A DNA stretch of 64,000 bases from Magallana gigas (taxonomy: Eukaryota): assembly GCF_963853765.1 (NCBI RefSeq), contig NC_088855.1:8308001-8372000 (forward strand), given 5' to 3'. Below, piece after piece: positions 24,005-36,600 of the stretch (position 1 is the stretch's first letter; every line of letters starts with the position of its first letter). The notes below the pieces were generated by a model, which was not told the origin of the DNA, ran no database searches, and was given only the letters and a program-made list of their open reading frames with translations. The translations under genes and the position numbers were made by a program.

Positions 24005-24845
24005 GAATGGTTAGTTTCTATAGATACTGGTGTGGGTTGGAATGGTTAGTTTCTATAGATACTGGTGTGTGTAGGAATGGTTAGTTTCTATAGATACTGG
24101 TGATTGTTGGAATGGTTAGTTTCTATAGATACTGGTGTGTATTGGAATGGTTAGTTTCTATAGATACTGGTGTGTGTTGGAATGGTTAGTTTCTATCGAT
24201 ACTGGTGTGTGTTGGAATGGTTAGTTTCTTTAGATACTAGTGTGTGTTGGAATGGTTAGTTTCTATAGATACTGGTGTGGGTTGGAATGCTTAGTTTCTA
24301 TAGATACTGGTGTAATATCGGAATGGTTAATTTCTATTGATACTGGTGTGGGTTTGAATGGTTAGTTTCTATAGATACTGGTGTGGGTTGGAATGGTTAG
24401 TTTCTATAGATACTGGTGTGGGTTGCAATAGTTAGTTTCTTGAGATACTGGTGTGTGTTGGAATAGTTTCCATAGATACTGGTGTGTGTTTGAATGGTTA
24501 GTTTCTATAGATACTGGTGTGTGTTTGAATGGTTAGTTTCTATAGATACTGGTGTGGGTTGGAATAGTTAGTTTTTGTAGATACTGGTGTGGGTTGGAAT
24601 GGTTAGTTTGTATAGATACTGGTTTGGGTTGGAATAGTTAGTTTCTTTAGATACTGGTGTGTGTTGGAATAGTTTCTATAGATACTGGTGTGGGTTGGAA
24701 TGCTTAGTTTCCATAGATAATGGTGTGTGTAGGAATGATTAGTTTCTATTGATACTGGTGTGGGTTGGAATAGTTAGTTTCTATAGATACTGGTGTGTGT
24801 TGGAATGGTTAGTTTCTATAGATACTGGTGTGTTTTGGAATGGTT
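24005..24845 (+). repeat. 35-bp minisatellite, about 24 copies, with degenerate flanks
   Basis: Unit GAATGGTTAGTTTCTATAGATACTGGTGTGGGTTG; decayed units at about 23690-24000 and 24850-25200. Confidence 0.95.
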
Positions 24846-26896
24846 ATCGTACTTGCATTAAGTACCAGTGGAAAGTTGCCATTGATAGTGCCTATTGCAT
24901 GGTAGAATTGTTAATTGCTATATGAATACTTTTTTTGTGTATAGTAGGATAGAATGAAAACCTGAAACTTTTTGCATTTACCATAGATTTATTTGTATTG
25001 TAGAATGGTACGTGAGTTGTTATAGAAATTGAAGTATGATGGAATTGTTAGTTGCTATTGAATGGGAAAATGCTACAAATATTGAAGCAGGTGTATAATG
25101 AAATGTTATAAAATAGATCAATAGATTGGATAAATGTTTAGTTTGTGCTTCACATCTGGATATAGTAAATGTTATATTGAATAGCTAATGAGTTTTGTGT
25201 ACTATAAGAAGGGTATGTCATACAAAGGTAAAGAACTGACAAAAGATTACCTTGTGAGTTAACAAAGTGCTACATAACAAGTACCATGACATTTATGATT
25301 GGTATTATGTAACAGTATATAAAAATGCATGTAGAACATTGTAGTGAGAGCAAAGGCTAGTACTTCCATTGTTGATAGGAACCAATCCCTGATGTTGTAG
25401 ACATTGATTCGCTGGTTGTTTGCATTCAGAGATTTGTTCATGATCAATTAGCACTTGGTCTATTTATAGAAAGAAATCAATTTCAAGTCAGTGGTATGTG
25501 GTTTTTTTTTTATATGTACATGTACAGTAGGAGTATGATAATCTGCAAAACCAGTAAGTGCATCACACCTCTACATTTCTTTTCAATACATATCTCTAGC
25601 ATCATTTTAACAAATGCTTACCTATATACGAAATGAAATACTTATTATTGGATTTTTTTTTGGCCAGGTATGATTCCTACATAATTGTATTTTGATAAGC
25701 AAATTTATGCCCTTGAACTAAGAAAAAGGATATAGTCAAAATCAATTGGGACCAATTGCTCAGAAATAGCATTGCAATGACCTTGACCTTAATCACAGGG
25801 GTCATTGACAGATGATTGACCATCAGTCAGGATAGTAGCAGATGTCTTTTTGATAAACTTGACTGATTATGAATTTCAAGTGGCACTTGACAGATGAATC
25901 CTGTGGTTGTTTATGTTTTAAGCTGATTTGGTCTGGAAAAAAAGATTAAGTTACCTTGAAACAACTATAAACAATAGATAAAGTATTCAATGATATTGAC
26001 CAAGACTGAACCTTACAACAATTTCTGTTAAATTAGATGTATACAACTGTTAGCAATATTAAAAGATTTAGATTAAAGAGGCTCAGTGTATATTTTACTT
26101 ACAAATGATGTGATACTTTTACTTGTGTTACAGTTTTATTGATTCAGAACTTCTTGGATCATGAATTTGATTCCAACAAAAATTGGTCTTGTTTTGCAGA
26201 TTTCTAAAACCCTGTGAGTGAAAATACCACCTATTAGTGAACCTTACTGAAAAACAATTTATTGAACATTTTCTGAAAGATAGAACTGTCAAGTTTTGCA
26301 GAGGATGCATGATGATAATTTAAAGTTTACCATTATTATTTTTAAATTAGTTTAAAATTGAAATTAAAAGGCTTATGAAGCAGTTGATAATGAAGTCTCT
26401 AAATTAAAGACAACATTCTTCTTGTCATTTAAAATAGCTAGTTGGAGATTCAGAAGACTTGTTTTTTGCAAAACTGAGCTGTTCAACTCAAGATTCTTTA
26501 TGACACTCATTAAGAATCTTGAGCCAAGCAGTTCAGTATTGAGCACGTTGTTCCAGGCTAGCACTGTTGACACCAGAAATATAAACATTAAACGAAAGAT
26601 GTATTTTTATCAGAAGAATTTAAATCTATTTTGAGTAATCTGCGGTTGGAGTATCATACATGCATGCTTAATGAGGATTGTCTACAAATTAATTAATCCT
26701 TGACGTAAATCAATATGACCATGTTTGGGAATGATCTCATATTTTAATTAACCCCACTTGCATACGTCTACTTAAAATAGAACAATGTTTGCAAATGGCT
26801 TTTGCAATGTGATCTGCATGCTCTGAGGGTTTAGGAGTTTGTAGGCTTCAACTTTTATGAGAAATCAAAATTTTACTCTATTTCTATTTATTTCAG

Positions 26897-26980
26897 ATGA
26901 TGCATTGAAGCCAGCCAGAGAGCCATTTAGTGGGCGTGGTTGATCCAAACAGTATCACTTAACCATGCTGGGACTCTGAG
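26897..26980 (+). other. Candidate non-coding 5'UTR exon of the KIAA0513-like gene (GC donor)
   Basis: Acceptor tttctatttatttcag| and donor GAG|gcaagt; the next exon has an acceptor at 30594 and an in-frame TAA before the ATG at 30651. Confidence 0.45.
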
Positions 26981-27747
26981 GCAAGTCCACTTACTGTAAA
27001 CAGCCTTCTGTACTCAAGTGATTAGAAAAAGACAATGGAATTTGTTATGACACTAAGTGTGTACATGTACATGCACTCTGTTTAAATTTGACACCCAGTT
27101 GAGCTTACCAGTTACATGCACATAAATTATGCACATACGATTCGCCTTAGAGTTCACATCATTCCTATATTATAAAACCGTTGTCAATCTTCGCTTTGCG
27201 TGGGTCAATTTCAACTGTTACCCTCCCAAACAGGCACTATTTGTATAGTGTCATCCTGACATTCTCATAATCACACAGATTTTACAGAGCAATATCCAAT
27301 AGAACAAGCTTTTCCAGACTCATCCTAAGACACCTAGAAATGAAAGACTGATTGAAAGTCTTTAAATCAGCTTGTATTTTTATATAATAAATCATGCAAG
27401 AATTTTTTTCTTCAAAAGCTATTAATGTCATTGCATGGAAATTCTATTTAATTTATCAAAACGGTTTTCCAAGTAATAAATCAAGCATTTCAAATGAAGT
27501 TGAAAAATATCGATTCTGGAAAACCAGTGAGAAATCAATGTATGGTCAGTAATTAGCAAAATACATCATTGACAGAGATGATACATTGACTCTAAACCAA
27601 GATTGCTAGAATGATATCAATTTCATCTGGTAACGTTTTCAAGAGATGGAACCAGTATATTTCAAATGACGAACAAATAGTAATGGAATGCTGATAAGAT
27701 TATTTTGCAGGACCTATCTATTTTTTGAAGGAACAAAATTACATTAT

Positions 27748-27890
27748 ATAAATACTGCCTGTTTAGGAGGGTAAGAGTTGAAATTGACACCCCAAGAAAA
27801 CTATTGTCAACCGACGCGAAGCAGAGGTTGGCAATGGTTTTCGAGGGGTGTCAATTTCAACTCTTACCATCCTAAACAGGCACTATTTAT
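27748..27890. mobile_element. 143-bp palindromic element (half copy at about 27180-27245)
   Basis: ~46-bp arms ataaatactgcctgtttaggagggtaagagttgaaattgacacccc / ggggtgtcaatttcaactcttaccatcctaaacaggcactatttat around a cgcgaagcagagg centre. Confidence 0.75.
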
Positions 27891-30650
27891 TTTATCATAT
27901 ACTGAATGTTTAAATTTTAAAGAATCCGTAATTACTTTTATGTATGAATGTCGTGGATTCTTTGGCGAACCGTACGCGCATAGTTTACGCGCATGTAACA
28001 ATTTGTGGTGTTACCCTTTGCTAAGTGTGTTGCTTATGCTGAGGGTAATAGAACGGGTTATCAACTGCATCAAAACAAATCAGAATTCAGTATTTAACAA
28101 GAAAGTATAATAAAATAAAAAATGACATAATAAAAATCTTTATTTATTTACTGTAGACCGTTACTAATTTATTAGCAAAATATTGTGCTTAAATTATTTT
28201 GTGTTAACTAGCCAAAACAGGGGTAATTAAGGTAGTTCACTTCTTGAAGACTTAATAGTATACCTCTTAATACAATGCCACAAGATGGTCATTTAAATGT
28301 TTGTTCAATTGTTTGTTTCAATCGGTATGGTTGTATTCAATAAAAGCTCAGTGGTTAAAGTATGGGACTTGTGAACCACAGACTACAAGTTCAAATCTGC
28401 CTGGAGCTTTTGTTTATATTTACATAATTAAATATTTAAAAATCAAACTTAATTTTATCCAGAATTGCATATTTTTCTGCATATTTGAATGAAACTTTTT
28501 ACACATCATGCTTAATCTTTCATAATCAAGGGTTTAGTAATTTTCCGCTGATTTGAGAAATTATATCGAGGTTTTTCAGTGAGCCACCTTAACAGGGAAA
28601 ACAACTTTGAAAACAACTTTCTGAAGATTTTACTTGTTTATTATATTGATAGTTGTGCTTTTATTTACCTATATGTTAGTCTCTTACCTTTGAACCTTCC
28701 CCCTGGTTGGTAGGCCAAGGAAACAATCTGATATGTAAATTAAACTTCATGTTTTAATTCTGAAAAAAGTGCGCCTTTGATTTGCATACATTTTGAACAA
28801 ATTTGGTAAAGTGTAAAATTACAGCAGAATTTTAGATATTTATATGTTATCAAAGAGAAGATTTTGCAGTCCATATAAAAAAATTAACCATTAGAACTGA
28901 TGATCTGTCATATTTCAATAACTCGATCTTTGGAAACCAGCATTTTAAAATGAATCTTTAAAATGTATATGGGCTTGTGTGCAAGCTTCGATCATGACTT
29001 GCGGGGTGAATATAAAGTGGGACAAAATCATTTTTCAGTGCCAAAATAAGGATGAAGATTTCTTTTTTATTGGTAACTTTGATTATATAGTAACTGTTTC
29101 AAATACCTGGTAAAAGACTTAATAACTTTATTTGTACATGTGTCAGTAAAAAAAGAGGATGCCCATGTCTATATAAAATAGTTAAATTCTATCTCCTACA
29201 CATAATGTTTGTCTCTCCTCTAGCATGATGTGTTGGATCTTATGTAAAGTAATCAATACATGTCAGAAAAGGGGGAATTTTCTGTGGATTGTTATGTACA
29301 TTGCAGACCATTATATCCTCCTTCTGTGAAGAGCAAACGTTTCCAATTCTTTCTGTGCTATTTGTGGTATTGCTCATTAATCAATAATATCTTTAAGGGG
29401 ATATACGAAATGGTTCATTGTGCATCTTATGTAATAAAAGCTTTTAAAAAAGACCAAGAAAATTGATCCAACCACTGGCAACCAGCAAAAGTAGTTAACA
29501 TGTGGAAGAGACCCTGTTAATTGACTGTTAATACAATGAAGCCATAGGGTCCAAGCCTCTTGATGACATTCCTACACACTTCACAGCACATGTACCTGCA
29601 CTCTGTTTAATTATTGACAACTTTCTTCTTCCGATTGATACATTGTCTGATTCAGAATCTTTGCTTTGGTCGAGTGACTGTCAGATTTTGGTGAACAAGC
29701 TGGTGTTAGTCTACTGTCCTTCTGATAATGTCAGAATGCAGACAATTCAACATGCTCTGTGGGTCCCAGTCAAAGTTTGTTCAAGTACAGCAGTTTTTTT
29801 TATTGATTTATCATTGACAATTGATGACTTGTTGGATCTTCAAAGTGTTACATTTATTTTGCAAAATGTTGTGGTCAAATTGTTTTGAAGTTCAGTACTG
29901 AAGTACTTTGTCAAGGAAGATTATTTTGTTTGAATTTTTCTCAGAATATTTTAAATTCGATCAGCACTTGCATTTTAGAAAAGTGAGCTAAAGCTAGGAT
30001 GAGTTCCCTAATCTGCTCGTTCTTGTTGTTTACATTAGATGGTGTAGCTTCTTTCTGGATTCTGGATAATGTTGTGGTTTCATCAATAATTCCTTGAACA
30101 TCAGTCTTTGGATTTTATTGGTTAGCCGATTCACAAATTCAAGTATTCATCAAAGTAAGAAGTGTTATAGATAAATTTTTCTTGAAATTACCTATAATAA
30201 AAAATTAGTTTTACTAAATCCTCGATAATTTACGCCCACAATCATCGATGAAACCATAGTGCTGAATCTAGAATCTCGGTAAACTCAATATAGCTGATAG
30301 GACATGTTGCAGAATTTACCAAGCAATTTGTTCCATCACATAACTGTGCGGATATTTTTTCAGGAATATGTGAATTTTAAACTTTAATAGAATTTCAGGC
30401 TGTTTTACATAACAATCTGATTTTGTGTAATTTGACCTTATGAGAGAAGATAGATCTGTTGTGTGTGCCAGTACATGATTAAAATTTTAATTGTTGATAA
30501 AAAAAACAAAACCCAGAATGTTGTAAGTTTAAACATTCTCCAATAATTTAAAATAATAATTTGGAAAAGAATACTTATAAATGATCTTTTGTAGGTTGGA
30601 ATCTTGTAACATAAGATCTGACGGAACTATAAGATATTCTCTAAGGAGAG

Positions 30651-33600
30651 ATGGATTTTGTTCGCCGCCGACTTTCCCAGGGAGGAAGTAGTGATGAGGA
30701 GGGGCGATCACTGTCCTCAAGCTTCTCTGAAGGGACCTCACGGTTCTTCACCTCAATGGTCGCCAAAAAGAATGGCCTCATCAATAATCTCTCCAACAAA
30801 CTGGAGAACGTGATGAAGCCTGCGTCAAGCCCCGAGGATTCCGATTCCGAGTCGGTGAGTCCCGCCCAGACACCTAGTTCCAACCACAGCTCGTACAGCA
30901 ATGGAAGCCGCAATTACAGGGGAGAGGACTTTTCAACTCAGCCATATCGGTCCAAGAAAAAGACGGAGAGAATTGGCATTCCACGGCGGCACAGTTCCTC
31001 TGGCTACTCAGACAGCAGTGGAAATGATGAAATAACCACAGGAAATATCAGTTTTGATGAGCCATTGTACTCGCCTACATCCAAATCCACATTCTCTTAC
31101 GATTCAAAACAGGAGACTTTGCCAAAAACAAACTGTATAAGGACTGAAAAGGTTAATAATACTGACCGAGTTCAAAGCAGTTCTAATGTCAAGGATAGTT
31201 GTGAAAGTGATAATAAGACAGAAGTAGATCTACCCAAGACAGTTCCCAATGAGGTCATACCAATGAGCAAGACGTCAGATGATGAAGGGGAAAGTAAATC
31301 AAAAGTTGTCTCCCCTGTTGAGAAAAGTGAAAAAGAGTCCAACATTGATATAAATGGATTTAAGAGAGCGCCCAAGATGAAACGGCGTTCAAGCACAGTA
31401 GACGAGATGCTGTTTGATGATTATGTTCCTCCACCAGAGGAAGCGGAGGAAGACCAGGACAAGTTTGATGAAAGTGATGATGTGAATTTGAACTCAAAGA
31501 GGAAGACACTGATTCCTATGGGAGACCTTATTTCTTTTGACGATGACCAAGAAAACGAATCAGAAAATCGACGCAAAGTTCCTCTCAACAGTGAAAAGTT
31601 CTCTCCCTTTACCAGTGTTTCAAGCATTGACAGTTCTGAGTACAGTGTAGGCAATAACCACAATGGGACAGATTCAACCTCGGAGTCGGAGTATGGGGGT
31701 TTGCCGATCAAACGCTCCTATTCGATGGGGTCCGAGAACTCATGGAGTTCATCCTTCAGCATCGAGAGCCAACCAGACGAACAGACTCTACAGTGTATGG
31801 AGTTCATGAAGACTTTTGTAGATCAGATATTTGATTCAAGGTCAGTATCATATTGAAGGTTCAGGAATTATCATTTTGTCAGTTATCTCAAATCTGCATC
31901 ATGATAAACTACCGCTAATTGTTAATAAGGTCACACAGAAATGAATGTTTTTGCTCTTTGTTATAGGTTATCATTTTGGGTTAACACATATGTATATAAA
32001 TATCAAAATTTTGATTATCTTTGGTTAGGGGCTTTTGAAAAGACAAATGACTCAAATTTTTTGATTATCCAGTACATAATTTTTCAAGGTCATTCTGTCA
32101 AAAATTGACATTTTACCAAGATGTTCGAAAGAATTAGAATTGCTATTCAAATATTATCTGAATGGTGTGAGCCTGATATTGATCAATCCTAAAGAACAGG
32201 GATGGTGCAACGTCAGTACAACAGTGTCATATACCCAAAGTCCTTCCCCAGTCCTGCTACGATCTATCATTTTATCAAAAATGTGTTTAATTCCATTGAC
32301 CTAGAATGCTGATGGTTTTCAAGGATATATGGATACAGGACTCCAAAGATTGATCTCCATTTTGTATAAGACCAACTCATCAATCGTGGGGGTTTTGAGC
32401 TGGCGATTAAGTTTATTTGGTCCTCTGTGAGCAAGCAATACATGAATCAATAGATGCAGGGTCCTGTGGGTCTAATAAGATGTATAACTTGAAAAACACT
32501 CTCTCTCTTTGTGAAAAGATAATTTGTCAATATAGTATTTCAGGCCAGTAAAATAAATGAGTCGTGATTGCAAGTTATTGGTTTGTTAGAACTATATTTT
32601 TTATACCTACTTTCCTTTCGTCAGCAGGGATTTTCAAAATTTGATCCTTAAAAGGGGATGGGATAAGAAATATTTTTATTAAAAACATGGAACACTTTAT
32701 CGATACACACTCTGCATCAAGAAAATGTATGTTTAACTTAAATGTGCTAGAAAATAAGCAATGTACTCGTTCAATTCTACAAGGCCTAAAGGTCATGGAG
32801 CAGTGATCGTTTGCATCAGGGGATATTTTCCTCCTTTTCTCCTTAATTTTTCTCTATTATTATTTTTTTTCGCCTTTTTTCGGCACCTTAATAGGAAAAA
32901 GTTTAAAGAGTATGGACATTTGGAAAATGCTCTCTTGAAACAAACTTCAAAAACAATTGCAAGTCTATGGGTCTATAAAATTTGACAGAGTAATGGTGGA
33001 GCCATGTGAATTTAACAGCCAATAAAAAAGAAGCTTAATCTCCATACTGAATTGGTCATGATAGATTTTTTTCGGGTTTAAGCACAGAGGCTCTAGATTT
33101 CAAATTTTGGCCACTATGCATTTTCAGACAACAGCTACAAAAAAGCTGCATGTATTTACAATGATTTGTCCCAGGTTTGATTGTTCGAGTATTTTTACAA
33201 GGGGGTTTGCATTGAGGTTTCAGAAGTGGATACATGTATTAACATATCAGGCACATGCTGAAAGAGTGATCTTTGTTAACACTGTGGAGCAGGGCTCTCA
33301 GCTGCAAATCAAATCTCTTGGACCATTTAGCATTGAATTAAAAAATTTGCATAACATTATTGTACCCACTTTATCTGATTAGAATAGAGAAAGAGACTAA
33401 ATACCATAGTCTGGTTCCTTACAATATAGATCAATGAACATCTGAGGAAAGGCCCAGCTCTAGGTTTTAAGAATAAATTCCATTTTTTAGCAAATGCAGT
33501 AGACAGATAAACTGCAGTTCTTCAAAATTGTAGGGGCTAATTTATATTGGATAGTCATTTCTTCACAATCTCATAAGAACACAATTTCTTTGGGTGTATT

Positions 33601-36600
33601 GTTTCTGAAAAAAAAAAGATAATTGTAATCTAAATATAATTCTTCTGTCATTCTAAAAATGTAAACTTGGTACAAGTGAGGAATACCCACAAGATAAAAA
33701 AAAAAAAGAAATCTATGAATCTACAGTATTTGAGTTATGAACAAAACATTAAACATTGTACAATGAAATTGAAATGTGACAATATGTAAGTTTATGGTAG
33801 CATTGTATTCTAGTATTTGACACTAGAGATGCTCTTGTAGAACATACTTTTTTTGACTATTACCCTTGGATTGATTGATGTAGAAGAGTAATCATGCATT
33901 GTTTTTGTTTTATTTCACAGCAGGGAGATCTCACAAACAGACAAGGCCAAGTTTGGAGAACTTTGTCAGGTATCTGCATTTTCTGTCACTTACTAAGTGG
34001 CATTGCCACTCCTGTTTAAACTTTTAAGACAAATAAATTTAACTTTTATTGGTTTTGAGACGTTGATAAACCTTGTAGACTGATGGCAACGGCTGGGAAG
34101 GTTGAATTATTTTGACGGAAGTACAACAATGAAGCCTTCAGTTTTATTGCTTTGTTTAAGGAAACCTGTGTTATTATAAAGGGATACAAAATGAATGGAT
34201 GATGTAATAGACCTTAGATGGTTTCATGCATTGTCTAGTAATCTCGTCTCAACCTTCTAAGGAGAATGGATGATGGGCCTCTCATGAAATTTAAATAATA
34301 CCACTTTTATTGTTGTCTTGTCCTAATGGTCTGCACAATATATGTCACAGAAGCTGATTTATCTTGTTACAGAAGTCTTATGTCATTATGCAAATCAGGT
34401 GCCAACTGTAAGGAGTGACCGAGGTGTAAATAAGCACCTGGTCTCATTAGGACTGCGGATCCAGGCTGTCCCAATCATGTCATAACGTAAAGAAAGACTA
34501 AATGCCTAGGTCACGGTTTGAGGGGAAATTAGTCATTGTGATGACTTTTTGTTTTATTTCAGGAGGTGGCCGGGAGGCAGTGGTTTGCACGTTACGTTAA
34601 CGGACAGGTTCGTATACGTTTGCGTCTAGATACAGCTTATTTCATTCAGAAGCATTGGTACATTCTCATTTGCATCCTTAATGTTCACAAAAAAGGAAAA
34701 TGAATGTTTTGAAAAGTTATTTCTGAAAGAATGAGTGATGTTCACTACATATCTCCTTGTCATATTACGCCCCTTTCTGTTGCCAACTTATATTTTCCAA
34801 GATAATTTATTATTTTCAAGATGTATGAAATATTACTGTTTGCATTCATCTGTACACCTTATTTTAATCGTTAATTTTGTATCTGAAAAGCGTAGCATAA
34901 ACTGCATATTGTGGGTAGAAAGATTAATTAAGCTGTTAAATGAATAAAAACCTGAGTGGTAACGTAATATAAATTTATTTGGGATCTTTTCACAGAGAGT
35001 AAATAACAAGAGGGTGACAGAACAGATCTTTTTCCGCCTGATGCAGTATTTCGCGGTGGTACTGTTTGAATGTGGGGAGGCAGAAGATTTCACACCAGCC
35101 AAATCACTCATGAACATGTGCTTCACTTTCTATTATGAAGGTAGTCGATGCTTATAATAAAAGTACACATATCTATCACTTTAACAGAATATCTTGATTT
35201 AGAATAAACCTGACATGTCATTGTGCTTTGAGAATTATGGTTTTTCAATGTGCACCATTTGATTAAGGTTCTCCATTCCTCAGCCTCAAAGTATTTTTTT
35301 TTCATCATAAACATGTTATTTATCCTTCAAACTTTATTAAGGAAATAAAATAAGACGAAATTTTTTATGGTATCCATGCATTTTACAAAGTTATTGCAAT
35401 TTTGGCCACAGTAGATATAACTGAATAAATAAAGTATACAAGTTGAGATCAAATTAGAGAAAAAAAGGTTGTACAGTTGCATTGGTGGCTTGAAACCCTT
35501 TATCTTTAGGTAGTAGGTCTCCATGGAGCCACTAAGACATATGTTAACTACATGAAATTATGATAAAAATTTGATATTAGCGATTTTAATTTTGCGGTTT
35601 GATGGAAAACGACTGAATCGCGGAATTAAGTACTGGCGTAAGATAAGGAATCTACAGTTTTTGAGATGTCAAGGGTAAACTCCTGAAAGTTTAAGTAATT
35701 AGGACTTATAAATTATCTCGACATATCCATTGTATTTGAGATATCAGTGTTTCGAGATATTGAAGTTTAACTGTATGTATGTACCTTCACACAAAATTAT
35801 GATTTTACTGCTTTGTTGACAGGTTGCCATGGAAAGAACTTTCTGTACAGTTTCCTGAGAGACCAGCCTATCTGGCAGTCCTTACGGTTCTGGAACGCCG
35901 CTTTCTTTGATGCAGTGCAGCTGGAGAGATCCAAGAGACCTGTTTGTACAAGGTGCACATCATGTCCTCAACTTACTCAGACATCTGCTTATACATGTCC
36001 TCATCTCTTTCAAAGATATCTGCAAATGCATGTCCTCCTCAACTCTCTCAAAAATATCTGCCTATATGTGACAGTGTCCTTTACTCTCTCAATGACATTT
36101 GTCTATAAATGTCCTCATCTTGCTCAAGTCATTTGCCTATTACATCTCAACTCACTTAAGTCAGTTATACATGTATATAATAGTACATCTAGTCGTTTTA
36201 CTTTCGCCTGTAAAATAAATGTCCTCAACTTTTTCATGTACATGTACATAACATTTTGAGATCAGACAATCTGAGTCTCTACTTAATCCAACATGTATGT
36301 GTTAACAAGCTAATTCTCTTTACCTGCAGTAGGTTCTTTGTCCTTTATTCCACTAAATGCACTTCTAATGCAAAGTACATCTTTCATAAATCTATCTCTT
36401 TCATCACTTTTAATTGAGTGTGGTAAGATGCATTTCATGTATGACGCAAGAAATATTTTTCACTTTGAAAATGAAAGGTAGACACATTAATTTTATTGAT
36501 TTGATTCATTGGATGTCATAAAAACAAATCAAAGGAATACGAAACTGTGCAAAAGAATTCTAATTATGAAGGTAACATCACTTAGCAGGTGTTTTTTTGT

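Noticed and set aside
24005-24845. 35-bp repeat as CRISPR or a coding repeat
   Set aside because: Head-to-tail with no spacers; 35 is not a multiple of 3 and there is no long ORF.
29500-30150. Decayed coding-like sequence on the minus strand (possible LINE ORF1)
   Set aside because: Only short open stretches and no diagnostic motif could be identified.
30529-31711. Antisense ORFs over the large KIAA0513-like exon (also 53711-54034 over PHETA and 4153-4488 over lipocalin 2)
   Set aside because: Shadow frames of real coding sequence with no recognisable domain.
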